Assembly: GCA_002269645.1 (NCBI GenBank)
Contig: NIVC01000334.1
Span: 120,693 to 184,692 of the forward strand
DNA from: Macrostomum lignano
Taxonomy: Eukaryota
Length of the DNA: 64,000 nucleotides
Direction of reading: 5' to 3'
Made by a program: the position numbers and the translations under genes. This document shows positions 49,041 to 61,847 of this stretch, one piece after another; the stretch's first letter is position 1, and each line of letters opens with the position of its first letter. The notes beneath the pieces are model-generated. The model saw only the letters and a program-made list of their open reading frames with translations. It searched no databases and had not been told where the DNA came from.

Positions 49041-52000
49041 CAGCTCGAGCTCGAGTCGGAGGCGGAATCTTCCCTGTCGTCTCCGCCTCGCCCCTCCCCC
49101 CGCCGCCCTAGCCCCTGTCATTTGGCACTGAGCCAAGAACAACAACAGCGGCGGCAGCAGCGGCAAACCCCCCATGCATGTTTCCCAGTTGCTGATGAAG
49201 ACGACACGGAGGAAGAGCTGAGGGAAACTGGGGATGGGGCGGATTAGCTGCTGCTCGATCCGCATGCGAATTAATATTTCAGAAGCTGGCGCAGGAGGCA
49301 GCAACTGTTGGGCGCGGTGGTTGCTGCGTGCGGAAGGATTAAGAGTGGCGGCAAAACTCGGTTTGACAGGCCCCCAGTGTCTGCCCTCCCCCTTCCAGGC
49401 GAAAAAATATGTGTGTCCCCAGAGTGAGAGGCATGGCGTGGTGGCCTGCGGCAGATATAAACTCGATGGCTGCGACACGAATGACCTCTAGGATTTTACT
49501 AGCCATTGTTCTCCTTGGCAACTGGGATCCGACCACACTGCGAGGCAATTTCTCAATAATTATAAGAAAACACGTTGATTGATAAGCATCACGAATAAAA
49601 TTGCATTTTGACCGACACAGAGGTCAGGGTCAGGAGAACATATGGATTGGAATAGAGAATGATCCAGAAAGGCCTAGATGGAAGAGAGAGGAGGATAGAA
49701 AGGTAGATAGAGAGGTAGATAGAGAGGTAGATAGAGAGGTGGACAGGGGTAGATAGGGAGGTGGACAGGGCTAGATAGGGAGGTGGAAGGGGTAGATAGA
49801 GAGGTGGACAGGGAGGGTTCATAGACAGAACAGAGGTAGATAGAGAGGTAGACAGGGAGGGTTCATAAACAGGAGAGGTAGATAGAGAGGTAGACAGGGA
49901 GGGTTCATAAACAGGAGAGGTAGATAGAGAGGTAGACAGGGAGGGTTCATAAACAGGAGAGGTAGATAGAGAGGTAGACAGGGAGGGTTCATAAACAGGA
50001 GAGGTAGATAGAGAGGTAGACAGGGAGGGTTCATAAACAGGAGAGGTAGATAGAGAGGTAGACAGGGAGGGTTCATAAACAGGAGAGGTAGATAGAGAGG
50101 TAGACAGGGAGGGTTCATAAACAGGAGAGGTAGATAGAGAGGTAGACAGGGAGGGTTCATAAACAGGAGAGGTAGATAGAGAGGTAGACAGGGAGGGTTC
50201 ATAAACAGGAGAGGTAGATAGAGAGGTAGACAGGGAGGGTTCATAAACAGGAGAGGTAGATGGAGAGGTGGACAGGGAGGGTTCATAGACAGAACAGAGG
50301 TAGATGGAGAGGTGGACAGGGAGGGTTCATAGACAGAACAGAGGTAGATGGAGAGGTGGACAGGGAGGGTTCATAGACAGAACAGAGGTAGATAGAGAGG
50401 TGGACAGGGAGGGTTCATAGACAGAACAGAGGTAGATAGAGAGGTAGACAGGGAGGGTTCATAGACAGAACAGAGGTAGATAGAGAGGTAGACAGGGAGG
50501 GTTCATAAACAGGAGAGGTAGATAGAGAGGTAGACAGGGAGGGTTCATAGACAGAACAGAGGTAGATAGAGAGGTGGACAGGGAGGGTTCATAAACAGTA
50601 GAGGTAGATAGAGAGGTGGACAGGGAGGGTTCATAAACAGGAGATGGAGAGATTGAGAGGCAGTGACGCGGAAAAGCAGGGGACACTAAGAGGTGACATT
50701 ATGGGGCGCAAGGCAGCGGGCCAGATATTTGTCAGCAATCAGCAGGAATGCGGGGCATCGCACTCGAGGCCCGAACGCCCCAGAAGGCCCAGTTAATGGC
50801 TGAGGCTTTGGCGGAGCCTCCGCAAAGCTGGACTTCACCAACCGGCAATAGAGGGGGGGGGGTCCCGCAGAGCGACCCCGTGTCGTACGACCCCCCCCCC
50901 CCTGGTTTGTCGCGTCCAGCTTTGATCCCCTAATTACTTGGATGGGATCGGCTCGGTAGGCAAGGAGGAAGAGAGGGGGGGGGGCGTCGCCTCGGACGGA
51001 AAATGCGGCAGCTTCCGATGCTTCACAATGTTGCACTGAGCTTGTTGGGGGGAGGGGGGTTGGGAAAGTCGAAAGTGAAGTGGATGGCAAAATATGTAGC
51101 CTTGGGATAGTAAATAACTTTTCGGGCTTTGCGAAGAAACTTGTTTTTATTAGATAGGGTAGAACCTTTCGTTGTTAGGGTAGAATCTTTAGTATATTGG
51201 GGTAGAACCGTCATTAGATAGTATAGCACCTTCATTACGAGCGTAGATAGGGTAGAACCTTCATTAGATAGGGTAGATGTTGTGGCCGCTGGCCAAATAA
51301 ATGAAATCGCATATTTGCACATTCACAACAGTAGAATTTTCATTAGATAGGGTAGAACTTTCATTAGATAGGATAGAACCTTCATTAGATAGGGTAGAAC
51401 CTTCATTAGATAGGGTAGAACCTTCATTAGATAGGGTAGAACCTTCATTAGATAGGGTAGAACCTTTATTAGATAGGGTAGAACCTTCATTGGATAGGGT
51501 AGAACCTTCATAAGATAGAGTAGAACCTTCATTAGATAGGGTAGAACCTTCATTAGATAGGGTAGAACCTTCATTAGATAGGGTAGAACCTTCATTGGAT
51601 AGAGTAGAACCTTCATTAGATAGGGTAGAACCTTCATTGGATAGAGTAGAACCTTCATTAGATAGGGTAGAACCTTTATTAGATAGAGTAGAACCTTCAT
51701 TAGATAGGGTAGAACCTTCATTAGATAGGGTAGAACCTTTATTAGATAGGGTAGAACCTTTATTAGATAGGGTAGAACCTTCATTAGATAGGGTAGAACC
51801 TTTATTAGATAGGGTAGAACCTTCATTAGATAGGGTAGAACCTTTATTAGATAGGGTAGAACCTTCATTAGATAGGGTAGAACCTTCATTAGATAGGGTA
51901 GAACCTTCATTAGATAGGGTAGAACCTTTATTAGATAGAGTAGAACTTCAGCGAATAAAGGTAAACCCTTCAGTGCATAGGTTGGTCATTATTGCTAGTT

Positions 52001-54065
52001 TGCCAACAATTTCAGAGGTGCCATTCCGTGAGACTGATGAAGAACAGAGGCTGGGAATTTGTTCAACCCTCAGAGAGTGTCACCATGTGTGCGCCAACTC
52101 CTCTACCCCCTCGGCAGGGGATCCCGGAGTGCTGCAAAGAATTTCTTTCAGTGCTTCAGTGCGCTGGTGACCGCACCAGGGCCAGACCAAAGTCCCGATG
52201 ATGGGAAAACACACGGGCAGAAATGGCGCTTGAATAAGAGGAACATTGGTTAAAATTGAAAGAAGCCAAAGCATAGGGTTGGGGTGGTGGTTGGTGCCTT
52301 AAAACAGTTCCAGGTGAGCCCCGGTAAGGGCTAACGACTGTGGGAGAAGAGACGCAGAAAGGTGCTGGGCAGTGGGAAGAGAGCGCCCAGATCCCATTCC
52401 GTCCTGCAGGATTGCGCATTGATATGCAGGATTCCAGCTCACTCACATTCTCTCTTTAACTCTCAGCATTATCCTGTCCTTCAAAACGCCCCACAGAGTC
52501 TGCACAGCCCAAAGCTATCAGCAGCTCTGTTCGACTCTCTCTGAAGTTGCAGTTTTTGCTGCCAGGCCAAGTTGGGAGAGAGGAGAGATGGGCAGAGAGG
52601 AGAGATGGGAGAGAGGAGAGATGGGGAGAGAGGAGAGATGGGGGGAGAGAGAAGATATGGGCAGAGAGGAGAGATGGGCAGAGAGGAGAGATGGGGGGAG
52701 AGAGAAGATATGGGCAGAGAGGAGAGATGGGGAGAGAGGAGAGATGGGGAGAGAGGAGAGATGGGAGAGATGAGAGATGGGGAGAGAGGAGAGATGGGAG
52801 AGAGGAGAGATGGGGAGAGAGGAGAGATGGGAGAGAGGAGAGATGGGGAGAGATGGGGAGAGAGGAGAGAGATGGGGAGAGAGATTGGGAGAGAGATCGG
52901 GAGAGAGATCGGGAGAGAGGAGAGATGGGCAGAGAGGAGAGATGGGGAGAGAGGAGAGATGGGGAGAGAGGAGAGATTTGGAGAGAGGAGAGATGGGGAG
53001 AGAGGAGAGATGGAAAGTGAGTTTGAGCACTGGGTCAAGGCAGTGAGAGGTCAGTACTGACCGGCAGTACTCAGGAGGCAGGGTCAGATCAGTCTATTGA
53101 GGCTCTCTCCGGCACCCTTGGCCGAATCCAATTTCTGCCGTGAAATTAAGAAAGCCATTATTGATAATAATAATTACTGAGAGGCAAAGTCAAACAAAAC
53201 AAAACGCTACGAAAATTGAAGGCAAAAAATCGAAAATACCCGGTGGATGTTAAAAAGAGAGAGCGCCAGTCGGCAAACTCAGGGTCTGTCTGTGCTCACA
53301 GCAATTATCTCATGGCCATTCACTCATTCAGTCTCACGTCGCTTTCATACTGCCTAACCTCAGCTTTTGGGGATTGCAGGCATAGCTTAGATCGATTATT
53401 AGCCAAGGATCTCCCTGGGGCTATCGCCGTATTAACCCTTGAAAACTCTCCGTGCGACCCCGCCTCCCCTGTGTGACAGGACTTATCAAGTTACCGCGCT
53501 AAGTTGTCCTCTCACCCACCCCTTTCTCTCCTCCTCTGCCTCCTCCTCTCTTTTTTTGTTCATTCTATCTTTCACCTTGTCAACGTAATAGTCTACTGAC
53601 AATCTACTGACAATTTACTGACAATCTACTGACAATCTACTGACAATCTACTGACAATCTACGGACAATCTACTAAAAATCTACTGACAACCTACCGACA
53701 ATCTACCGACAATCTACTGACAATCTATTGACAACCTACTGACAATCTACTGACAATCTATTGACAACCTACTGACAATCTACTGACAATCTATTGACAA
53801 TTTACCGACAATCTACTGACAATCTACGGACAATATACTGACAATCTACGGACAATCTACTAAAAATCTACTGACAACCTACCGACAATCTACGCTCGTA
53901 CTGACAGTCTACTGACAATCTCCTGACAATCTACTGACAATCTACTGACAATCTACTGACAATCTACTGACAATTTACTGACAATCTATCTCCTAACAAT
54001 CTCCTGCGAATCTATCTACTTACAATCTACTGACAATTAACCTACTAACCATCAAACTCCATTCA
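48378..54065 (+). repeat. Copy 2 of the tandem duplication (~5.7 kb)
   Basis: Near-identical to 42432-48377; differs mainly in repeat-unit numbers and homopolymer lengths. Confidence 0.97.
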
Positions 54066-54439
54066 AAATCCACTGCAAGCGCTAGAACAGAGCCAGCCCC
54101 AATGCTCCTTTCTCTCCTTTCTCACCCTCCACCCGACCTGCCATAATTTTTTCTCAACTGCGTTGCGGACCCCACCCCCATGTGAAGCCCCGACACCCAC
54201 AGCTAGTCAACAAGTACTTCTTTTAGAAGCAATTTATCATATCAGCTCCTATTGCAGGATCAATTGTGCCGGGCTCAGACAGTTTAAGTACCAACCCTCC
54301 GAACTCGCTTCCTGAGCTGCAGCTGGCGCCCCAGCTACTCTGCCCTCTGCTCCCCACTACCCTCTCCCAACCTTGCAGTACCCAGTGCTACTGTTGTTAG
54401 ATTAAACCTGCGGATCAGTTCAAATTGATCTTTCTCCAC

Positions 54440-55330
54440 TCTTGATTCACTGATGCAGGCTAGATTAGCAATCCATTCTATTCCTTTATCATTGATGTGG
54501 GCTAGATTAGCAATCCATTCTATTCCTTTATCATTGATGTGGGCTAGATTAGCAATCCATTCTATTCCTTTATCATTGATGTGGGCTAGATTAGCAATCC
54601 ATTCTATTCCTTTATCATTGATGTGGGCTAGATTAGCAATCCATTCTATTCCTTTATCATTGATGTGGGCTAGATTAGCAATCCATTCTATTCCTTTATC
54701 ATTGATGTGGGCTAGATTAGCAATCCATTCTATTCCTTCACTGATGTAGGCTAGATTAGCAATCCATTCTATTCCTTCATCATTGATGTAGGCTAGATTA
54801 GCAATCCATTCTATTCCTTCACTGATGCAGGCTAGATTAGCAATCCATTCTATTCCTTCACTGATGCAGGCTAGATTAGCAATCCATTCTATTCCTTCAT
54901 CTCTGATACAGGCTAGATTAGCAATCCATTCTATTCCTTCACTGATGTAGGATAGATTAGCAATCCATTCTATTCCTTCACTGATGCAGGATATATTAGC
55001 AATCCATTCTATTCCTTCACTGATGTAGGATAGATTAGCAATCCATTCTATTCCTTCACTGATGCAGGCTAGATTAGCAATCCATTCTATTCCTTCATCT
55101 CTGATACAGGCTAGATTAGCAATCCATTCTATTCCTTCATTGATGTAGGATAGATTAGCAATCCATTCTATTCCTTCACTGATGCAGGCTAGATTAGCAA
55201 TCCATTCTATTCCTTCATCTCTGATACAGGCTAGATTAGCAATCCATTCTATTCCTTCATTGATGTAGGCTAGATTAGCAATCCATTCTATTCCTTCACT
55301 GATGTAGGCTAGATTAGCAATCCATTCCAG
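54440..55330 (-). repeat. 39/42-bp minisatellite, inverted copy of the 2815-3198 family, ~22 units
   Basis: Plus strand GGCTAGATTAGCAATCCATTCTATTCCTTCACTGATGTA is the reverse complement of the 2.8-kb unit. Confidence 0.96.
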
Positions 55331-55754
55331 ACCTACCATAGGAACTCCAGCAAGCCAATTTTTTTGTATTTGAGATACTTCACCCCAGCGATCACATGTT
55401 CAACCCACATTGGGGGCGGCAGCTGGGATAAGGCAACTGATGAGGCAAATCCAGTCCCAGCAACTTGGAGACTGGAAGACAGAAAATGATGGTCCGCGGA
55501 CACAGAAGGATGAGGCTGCAGAGAATGAAACACGGAGGGGTTGCGCAACAGCTTTAATCCCTTTGCAGGATCAAAGCCCCTTCATCAAGATGCACCTCAT
55601 TGCCCAGTGGGGCCCGGCCGACATTTCACTGCTCAAGTTTCACCGGGCAGATCCAGCTGCTGCCTGCTGTGCTGGCTCAGACTGGCTGAAATGCTGAGTT
55701 TGACCATCGATTTCGATGCTTTAATTCTGCCTTGCAGGCTGGGTTTCATTTCTG

Positions 55755-56343
<589 letters not shown>

Positions 56344-57370
56344 GATATGATGAGTATATTTTTAACCCAAGTGCCCCTTTAGGGCTCCTAGATTTGCTGG
56401 GTAAACTTTCTAGGCCTATACATCGACACTCAAATCTTGACGGGTCCCCAGTCATGGCAAATTAAACAATTATAGTTTTTGCTAATCCCCATAAAAGTAC
56501 GCATACCCAGCGCAATGGGCAATCAAACTTTGACAATCCGCATTTCGCCTCCCATCTGTGTGGACACACAAAATCAGTGGCTGCCAGTCAAAGAGGAGAA
56601 GAGCTAGCAGAGATCTATCTGAATGCTGAGTCAGCCAGCCACACGGGCCGCTGGTGAACTTATGGGCCATTCATAAAATACTTGATTGTCCCGCGTCTGG
56701 TCCCGCTTGGCTTCAATAATTTTTCCTCTGTTGTGTTCAGAAATCCGCCCTCTCTCAGCCCTGCAGGCTCCGACACAGTTATGAGGAAAAGAGAAAGTGG
56801 CGCAACAGGCCAGCTTAACGCCGACAGAGGGGTGAAGGAGGATGGGGGCTCTATCGAACATTTACATGCAGCCAACAGTTGTTGCTTGCTTGCTTGCTAG
56901 GAGAAAGCCAGTCGACCCGGCCATGAGGGGGCGGCGGCCAGACAGGGGGGATCCAAAGCTGGATGAAGATGTTGCCAGCAAGTAGCCGAAATCTTCAGCT
57001 TGAGGCTGGCCGTGATGACTTTGAATGCTTCCTGTTGCGGCAGAGTCAGTCTTGTCCTTTTTGTCCTCTGCCGGTTGTGTCAATGGTTTGCGACGCTTGC
57101 GTAAAGCCTTGTAAGGTTGGAAATTTTGTTCACAAGAGTGCCGGGCAGGGGTTCTGACAGGAGATTCTGGCCAGACGTAGATGAAGGTGAGGAATAAGAA
57201 GTAGATAGGGAGATGGATTGAATAGTGAAAAGAAGCTGAGGGGAAGTGAGATGGAGAGGAAGTGGAAGATGAAGAGAGGAAGACAGGAGAGGAAGACAGG
57301 AGAGGGAAATAGATGCAGAGGAAGAGAGGGAAAGGGAGGGAGAAGGAGAGGTAGAGAGAGGGAGAGAAGA

Positions 57371-58144
57371 GTAGGGAGAGAGGGAGACGTAGGGACAGAG
57401 GGAGACGTAGGGAGAGAGAGACGTAGGGAGAGAGGGAGACGTAGGGAGAGAGGGAGACGTAGGGAGAGAGGGAGACGTAGGGAGAGAGGGAGACGTAGGG
57501 AGAGAGGGAGACGTAGGGAGAGAGGGAGACGTAGGGAGAGAGGGAGATGTAGGGAGAGAGGGAGATGTAGGGAGAGAGGGAGACGTAGGGAGAGAGGGAG
57601 ACGTAGGGAGAGAGGGAGATGTAGGGAGAGAGGGAGACGTAGGGAGAGAGGGAGACGTAGGGAGAGAGGGAGACGTAGGGAGAGAGGGAGATGTAGGGAG
57701 AGAGGGAGACGTAGGGAGAGAGGGAGACGTAGGGAGAGAGGGAGACGTAGGGAGAGAGGGAGACGTAGGGAGAGAGGGAGACGTAGGGAGAGAGGGAGAC
57801 GTAGGGAGAGAGGGAGATGTAGGGAGAGAGGGAGACGTAGGGAGAGAGGGAGACGTAGGGAGAGAGGGAGACGTAGGGAGAGAGGGAGACGTAGGGAGAG
57901 AGGGAGACGTAGGGAGAGGGAGACGTAGGGAGAGAGGAAGACGTAGGGAGAGAGGGAGACGTAGGGAGAGAGGGAGACGTAGGGAGAGAGGGAGACGTAG
58001 GGAGAGAGGGAGACGTAGGGAGAGAGGGAGACGTAGGGAGAGAGGGAGACGTAGGGAGAGAGGGAGACGTAGGGAGAGAGGGAGACGTAGGGAGAGAGGG
58101 AGACGTAGGGAGAGAGGGAGATGTAGGGAGAGAGGGAGACGTAG
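57371..58144. repeat. 18-bp G-rich minisatellite (AGGGAGACGTAGGGAGAG)n, ~43 units
   Basis: Visible. Confidence 0.97.
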
Positions 58145-58879
58145 TTAAAACAGAATTTTAGTAGCCATGGCGTTAACAAACAATTATCAGAACAAATAAC
58201 TCAATATAAAAAATTTCAATGCCAATTTTCTGACTAGCAGCTGTCAGTCAGCTGTCGCGAGTATGAGTCAGTACCTGTCTTCTGTTTGTCGTGAGTAACG
58301 CCATAGCAACGCCGAGGTGAAGCGCGCCAGACACAGAAAGCTTGAGTTGGAAAAATTGTTGGGATAAATAAATTAGGGATTTGAAAATCTGAGGTAAGAA
58401 TTGGAGAGCAAAAGAGGGGCTGTCGAGGAGCCTCCCTCCCCCCCCCCAAAAAACAGCTGTCGCCTCTGTTTCAAGCGGTCTCCCCATCGCCTGTGTAAAT
58501 ATCCCAGCTGCCCCCCCACCCCTAGATCCCCTTTTATCCCCTTTGCCCAAACTGGGCGCGCGTCTTTATATCCCATCTTAGCGAAAGATCGTTTTACCTA
58601 CAGGGACATCACGGCAACTTGACGAAGTGGAGCTAGGGGCGGGCATCGAACCCCTGGTGCCCCCCTTGCCAACAGAATTCAGCAGCCAGTCGGGATCAGT
58701 TTTCCGCCCAGGGATGAGGGCCGGCCAGCCTCCTCTGTCGCTGCGCGGAATAACTGATAATGAGATCATTAGGTGGTGGAGGATTCGGTTTTTCTAGGTT
58801 TTGTGTGGCTTTTTATAGAGTTCCTGAAGGCTTTTTCCATGAGAAAAACTTTGCTTTTATCTGCAATGCTCGGATCTAA

Positions 58880-59355
58880 CAGATTCCATTCCGATCTAAT
58901 CTCACCCCAAATCAAATCTCATCCAATCTAATCTCACCCAAACTAATCTCACCCAATTCAATCTCATTTAATCTAATCTCACCCAATCCAACCTAATTTA
59001 ATCTCATTTAATCTAATCTCATCCAATCTAATCTCATTCGGTATAATCTCTTTTTTCATCCAATCTAGTTACATAAAATCTAATCTCATCAAATGTAATG
59101 TCACTAAATCTAATCTCTAATATTATAATCTCACTCACTCTAATCACACCCAATCCATTTTGATCCAATCCAATCTCACTCAATCCAATCTCACTCAATC
59201 TAATCTCACGTAATCTAATCTCACCCAATCTAACCTCACTAAATCTAATCACATTAAATCTAATCTCATCCAAATATAATCTCACCAAATTTGTGTCACT
59301 GAATCTAATCTCTAATATTATAATCTCACTCAATTGAATCTCACCCAATCTAAAC
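58880..59355. repeat. Degenerate ~15-bp array (AATCTAATCTCACCC)n ending at the exon 6 acceptor
   Basis: Visible. Confidence 0.9.
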
Positions 59356-59366
59356 CATCCTCGCAG

Positions 59367-59530
59367 GCTTCGGGATTGTCTCAATGATCCGCGACGGCCT
59401 GACGGTGGCAACGGCGGTGCAGCACGGCTCCCGGCTCGCTGAATGCTCCGGCCTGGCCCTGGCGGTTCGCCCCATCCTGGGCATCATTTTCACCTTTGTG
59501 CAGCTGAACTTTCTATTCCTCAATGCCAAG
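59367..59530 (+). CDS. Otop: Otopetrin-like gene, exon 6 (TM3-TM4); gene continues beyond the window
   Basis: CATCCTCGCAG|GC ... AAG|GTGAGT; (G)FGIVSMIRDGLTVATAVQHGSRLAECSGLALAVRPILGIIFTFVQLNFLFLNAK, matching the otopetrin FG+GSMI...C...P...F.F.Q..F.FLN pattern. Phase 1 matches exon 5 across a 20.2-kb intron. Confidence 0.92.
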
Positions 59531-60014
59531 GTGAGTGAGTTACTGTTAATTAAAAAGCATCATTACTTCTAGTATTGCGCTAAAGCTGTTCATTCATTCA
59601 TAATTGATCTAATATTTCATCGGACCTCGACAAGCGCGTGTCAGAGGTCGTGACCTCCAGCCTAGGGCCAAATGTCTGGAGTACAAGTCCCGCGACTCTC
59701 CTATCCCGCTCCAAAGTCCAGAATCAATTCGCGCAATCAATAGACGCGCATGGATGCTGGGGGGGGGGTTGCGCTTATCTAAATAAACATTTTCAATTCG
59801 ACTGAGCTGTAGAGCCGCTGAGCACAGGCCCAGTGTTTGCTCACGGAGTCCGCAGCTGCAGCCCCGGAATTGAGAACTTTTTCAGGACTGCCCGCCTTCC
59901 AGTTGTATCTCTCTTGAGAGGGAGGCGTCACTCTCTCACTGCCTCTCTCGTTCTTTGCCACCATCTCTGAATTGTTTCTGATATGCCATGCACTTCCTCT
60001 GTCCTCTTGTCCTT

Positions 60015-60415
60015 TCTCTCACCCACTCTTACTCGCTCACCCACTCTCACCCACTTTCACCCACTCTCACCCACTCTCACTCACTCTCACTCACTCTCAC
60101 TCACTCTTACCTACTCTCACACCCACTCTCACCCACTCTCACCCACTCTCACTCAATCTCACCCACTCTCACACCCACTCTCACCCACTCTCACCCCCTC
60201 ACACCCACTCTCACCCACTCACACCCACTCTCACCCACTCTCACACTCTCACACCCACTCTTACCCACTCTCACCCACTCTCACCCAATCTCACCCACTC
60301 TCACACCCACTCTTACCCACTCTCACCCACTCTCACACTTTCTCAGTCTCTCTCATTCCCTCTCACCCTCTCTCACCCACTCTCACTCTCTCCCACTCCC
60401 ACACTACTTCACCCC
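60015..60415. repeat. 10-12-bp CA/CT-rich array (CACTCTCACC)n
   Basis: Visible. Confidence 0.92.
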
Positions 60416-61847
60416 CTTTCACACTATATCACCCTATCTGTCCTATCGATTTCTCCGAGTCTCACTCATCTCAAAAGATGAATTCGAGTAAGCCTGAAAG
60501 AACAGCAGATCCGGAGAAAAGCTTATGGATGGAGAGTACCGCGCCAGAGCCTGCGGATGCAGCAGCAGGTGCTCATCCGGAGTAGAAGAAGCTGCTGTTG
60601 CACTTGAGCTCAGTTGAAAATGGGAGGAGCCCCGGGAGCAGCGGGGAACAACACTCAGGGCGAACAAGAAGAGAAGAAGCAGCAAGAAAAAGCAGAGCAG
60701 CTCATTCACGAAGAAGAAGAAGAAGTGCTCTCCACTTGTCCACGTCGGGTCAGCCCTCTTCTCTCTTCGTTTTCGGTTGTTTTATTGGAAAAGAATGGGG
60801 CAGCCTCGCAGAAGCTTGTGTAAAATTCTCTCTAGTCAACAATTCCGCCACAGATGCTGGAACTCAGGAGTAGAAGCTGATGAGGCTGAGAAGCCATGGA
60901 CAGAGAGGGCAGCTATACTCTTCAGAACTGAGAGTTTATCCCGTCTGAGTTGAAATCTTCGTCTGTTTTGTGAGCTGAACGGGGCCGCATGCACTGGGAT
61001 GAAAGCTGCGTGCGTGACCCATGCAGGGGGCGCCTCGTTCCGCTCGGTTCGGTTTCGCCAATATTATATCCCCCCCTCTCTCCATTTACTGTCTTTAGTT
61101 CTAAAGCCAGCCATTGATGCACTTTATGACCATTCCATAAAACTCTTTTTTCAGTTACACGCTTGCAGCTTTTAGTCCTCACACTTGAACTTCTGTCGTC
61201 TGTTGCTTCTGAGATGACCTCGCACTTGCAGCGAGTGTGGGTGGTTTCACGGGGGAGAGCTGCTCTCTTTTAATCTAACAGAAAAAATAATAAAATCTTG
61301 CTGATCGGAGCTGCGTAGAAGGAGAAATCACGGAATGGTACTGCACAGTTCTTTTGCTGCTCCTGAAAGCAACAGATTTTGCCTTTTTTCACCTTCTTAG
61401 CTTCTGTTTCAGGCGGAAAGCTTACTTTAGCAATTTCCAGTTTTTTAATGTTCCGGAAGATTTTCTTTCTAATGACTTCTTCACTGCCGAATGAAACAGG
61501 CGCCCGGTGCTGCGAAAAAGCAGAAATGTTTTGGCGGAAAATTTCGAATGCGCGCCAATAAACTTGGGAGATTCTATGGCTGGGATGACGAATTTGTGTC
61601 GCGAACGTTTTTTTGGCGTGTTCGGCTAGCGAAATCTTTGCTTTGGAAAGAAATACAATAGATTCGTGATTTTTTGTACTTGAAAAAATTCTGCGCATAC
61701 TAATCAGACTACTTTCAATAGCGTGTAAAATATTTTACATTTAATTTGGCTAATATTTCTATGAATTATGCTACCTTTATTCTTCAATGTTAATTATCAT
61801 TTCTAAATGCTTCAATTTCACCTTGTATTCCTTCCAAATACACATCA

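Noticed and set aside
54335-55339. 334-aa repeat ORF (GIEWIANLAYISE)n
   Set aside because: Minisatellite translation; the sister array at 2.8 kb is interrupted by stops in the same frame.
58642-58652. Minus-strand B-box-like GGTTCGATGCC
   Set aside because: Isolated motif with no tRNA fold or recognisable SINE body.
60877-60900. CTGATGA-GGCT-GAGA-AGCC, a hammerhead-like half
   Set aside because: The stem is followed by ATGG rather than GAAA, so the catalytic core is incomplete.
60476-60900. Purine-rich stretch that looks coding
   Set aside because: Stops in each frame within ~100 codons, no homology I can recognise, and no fit to the next expected otopetrin exon.
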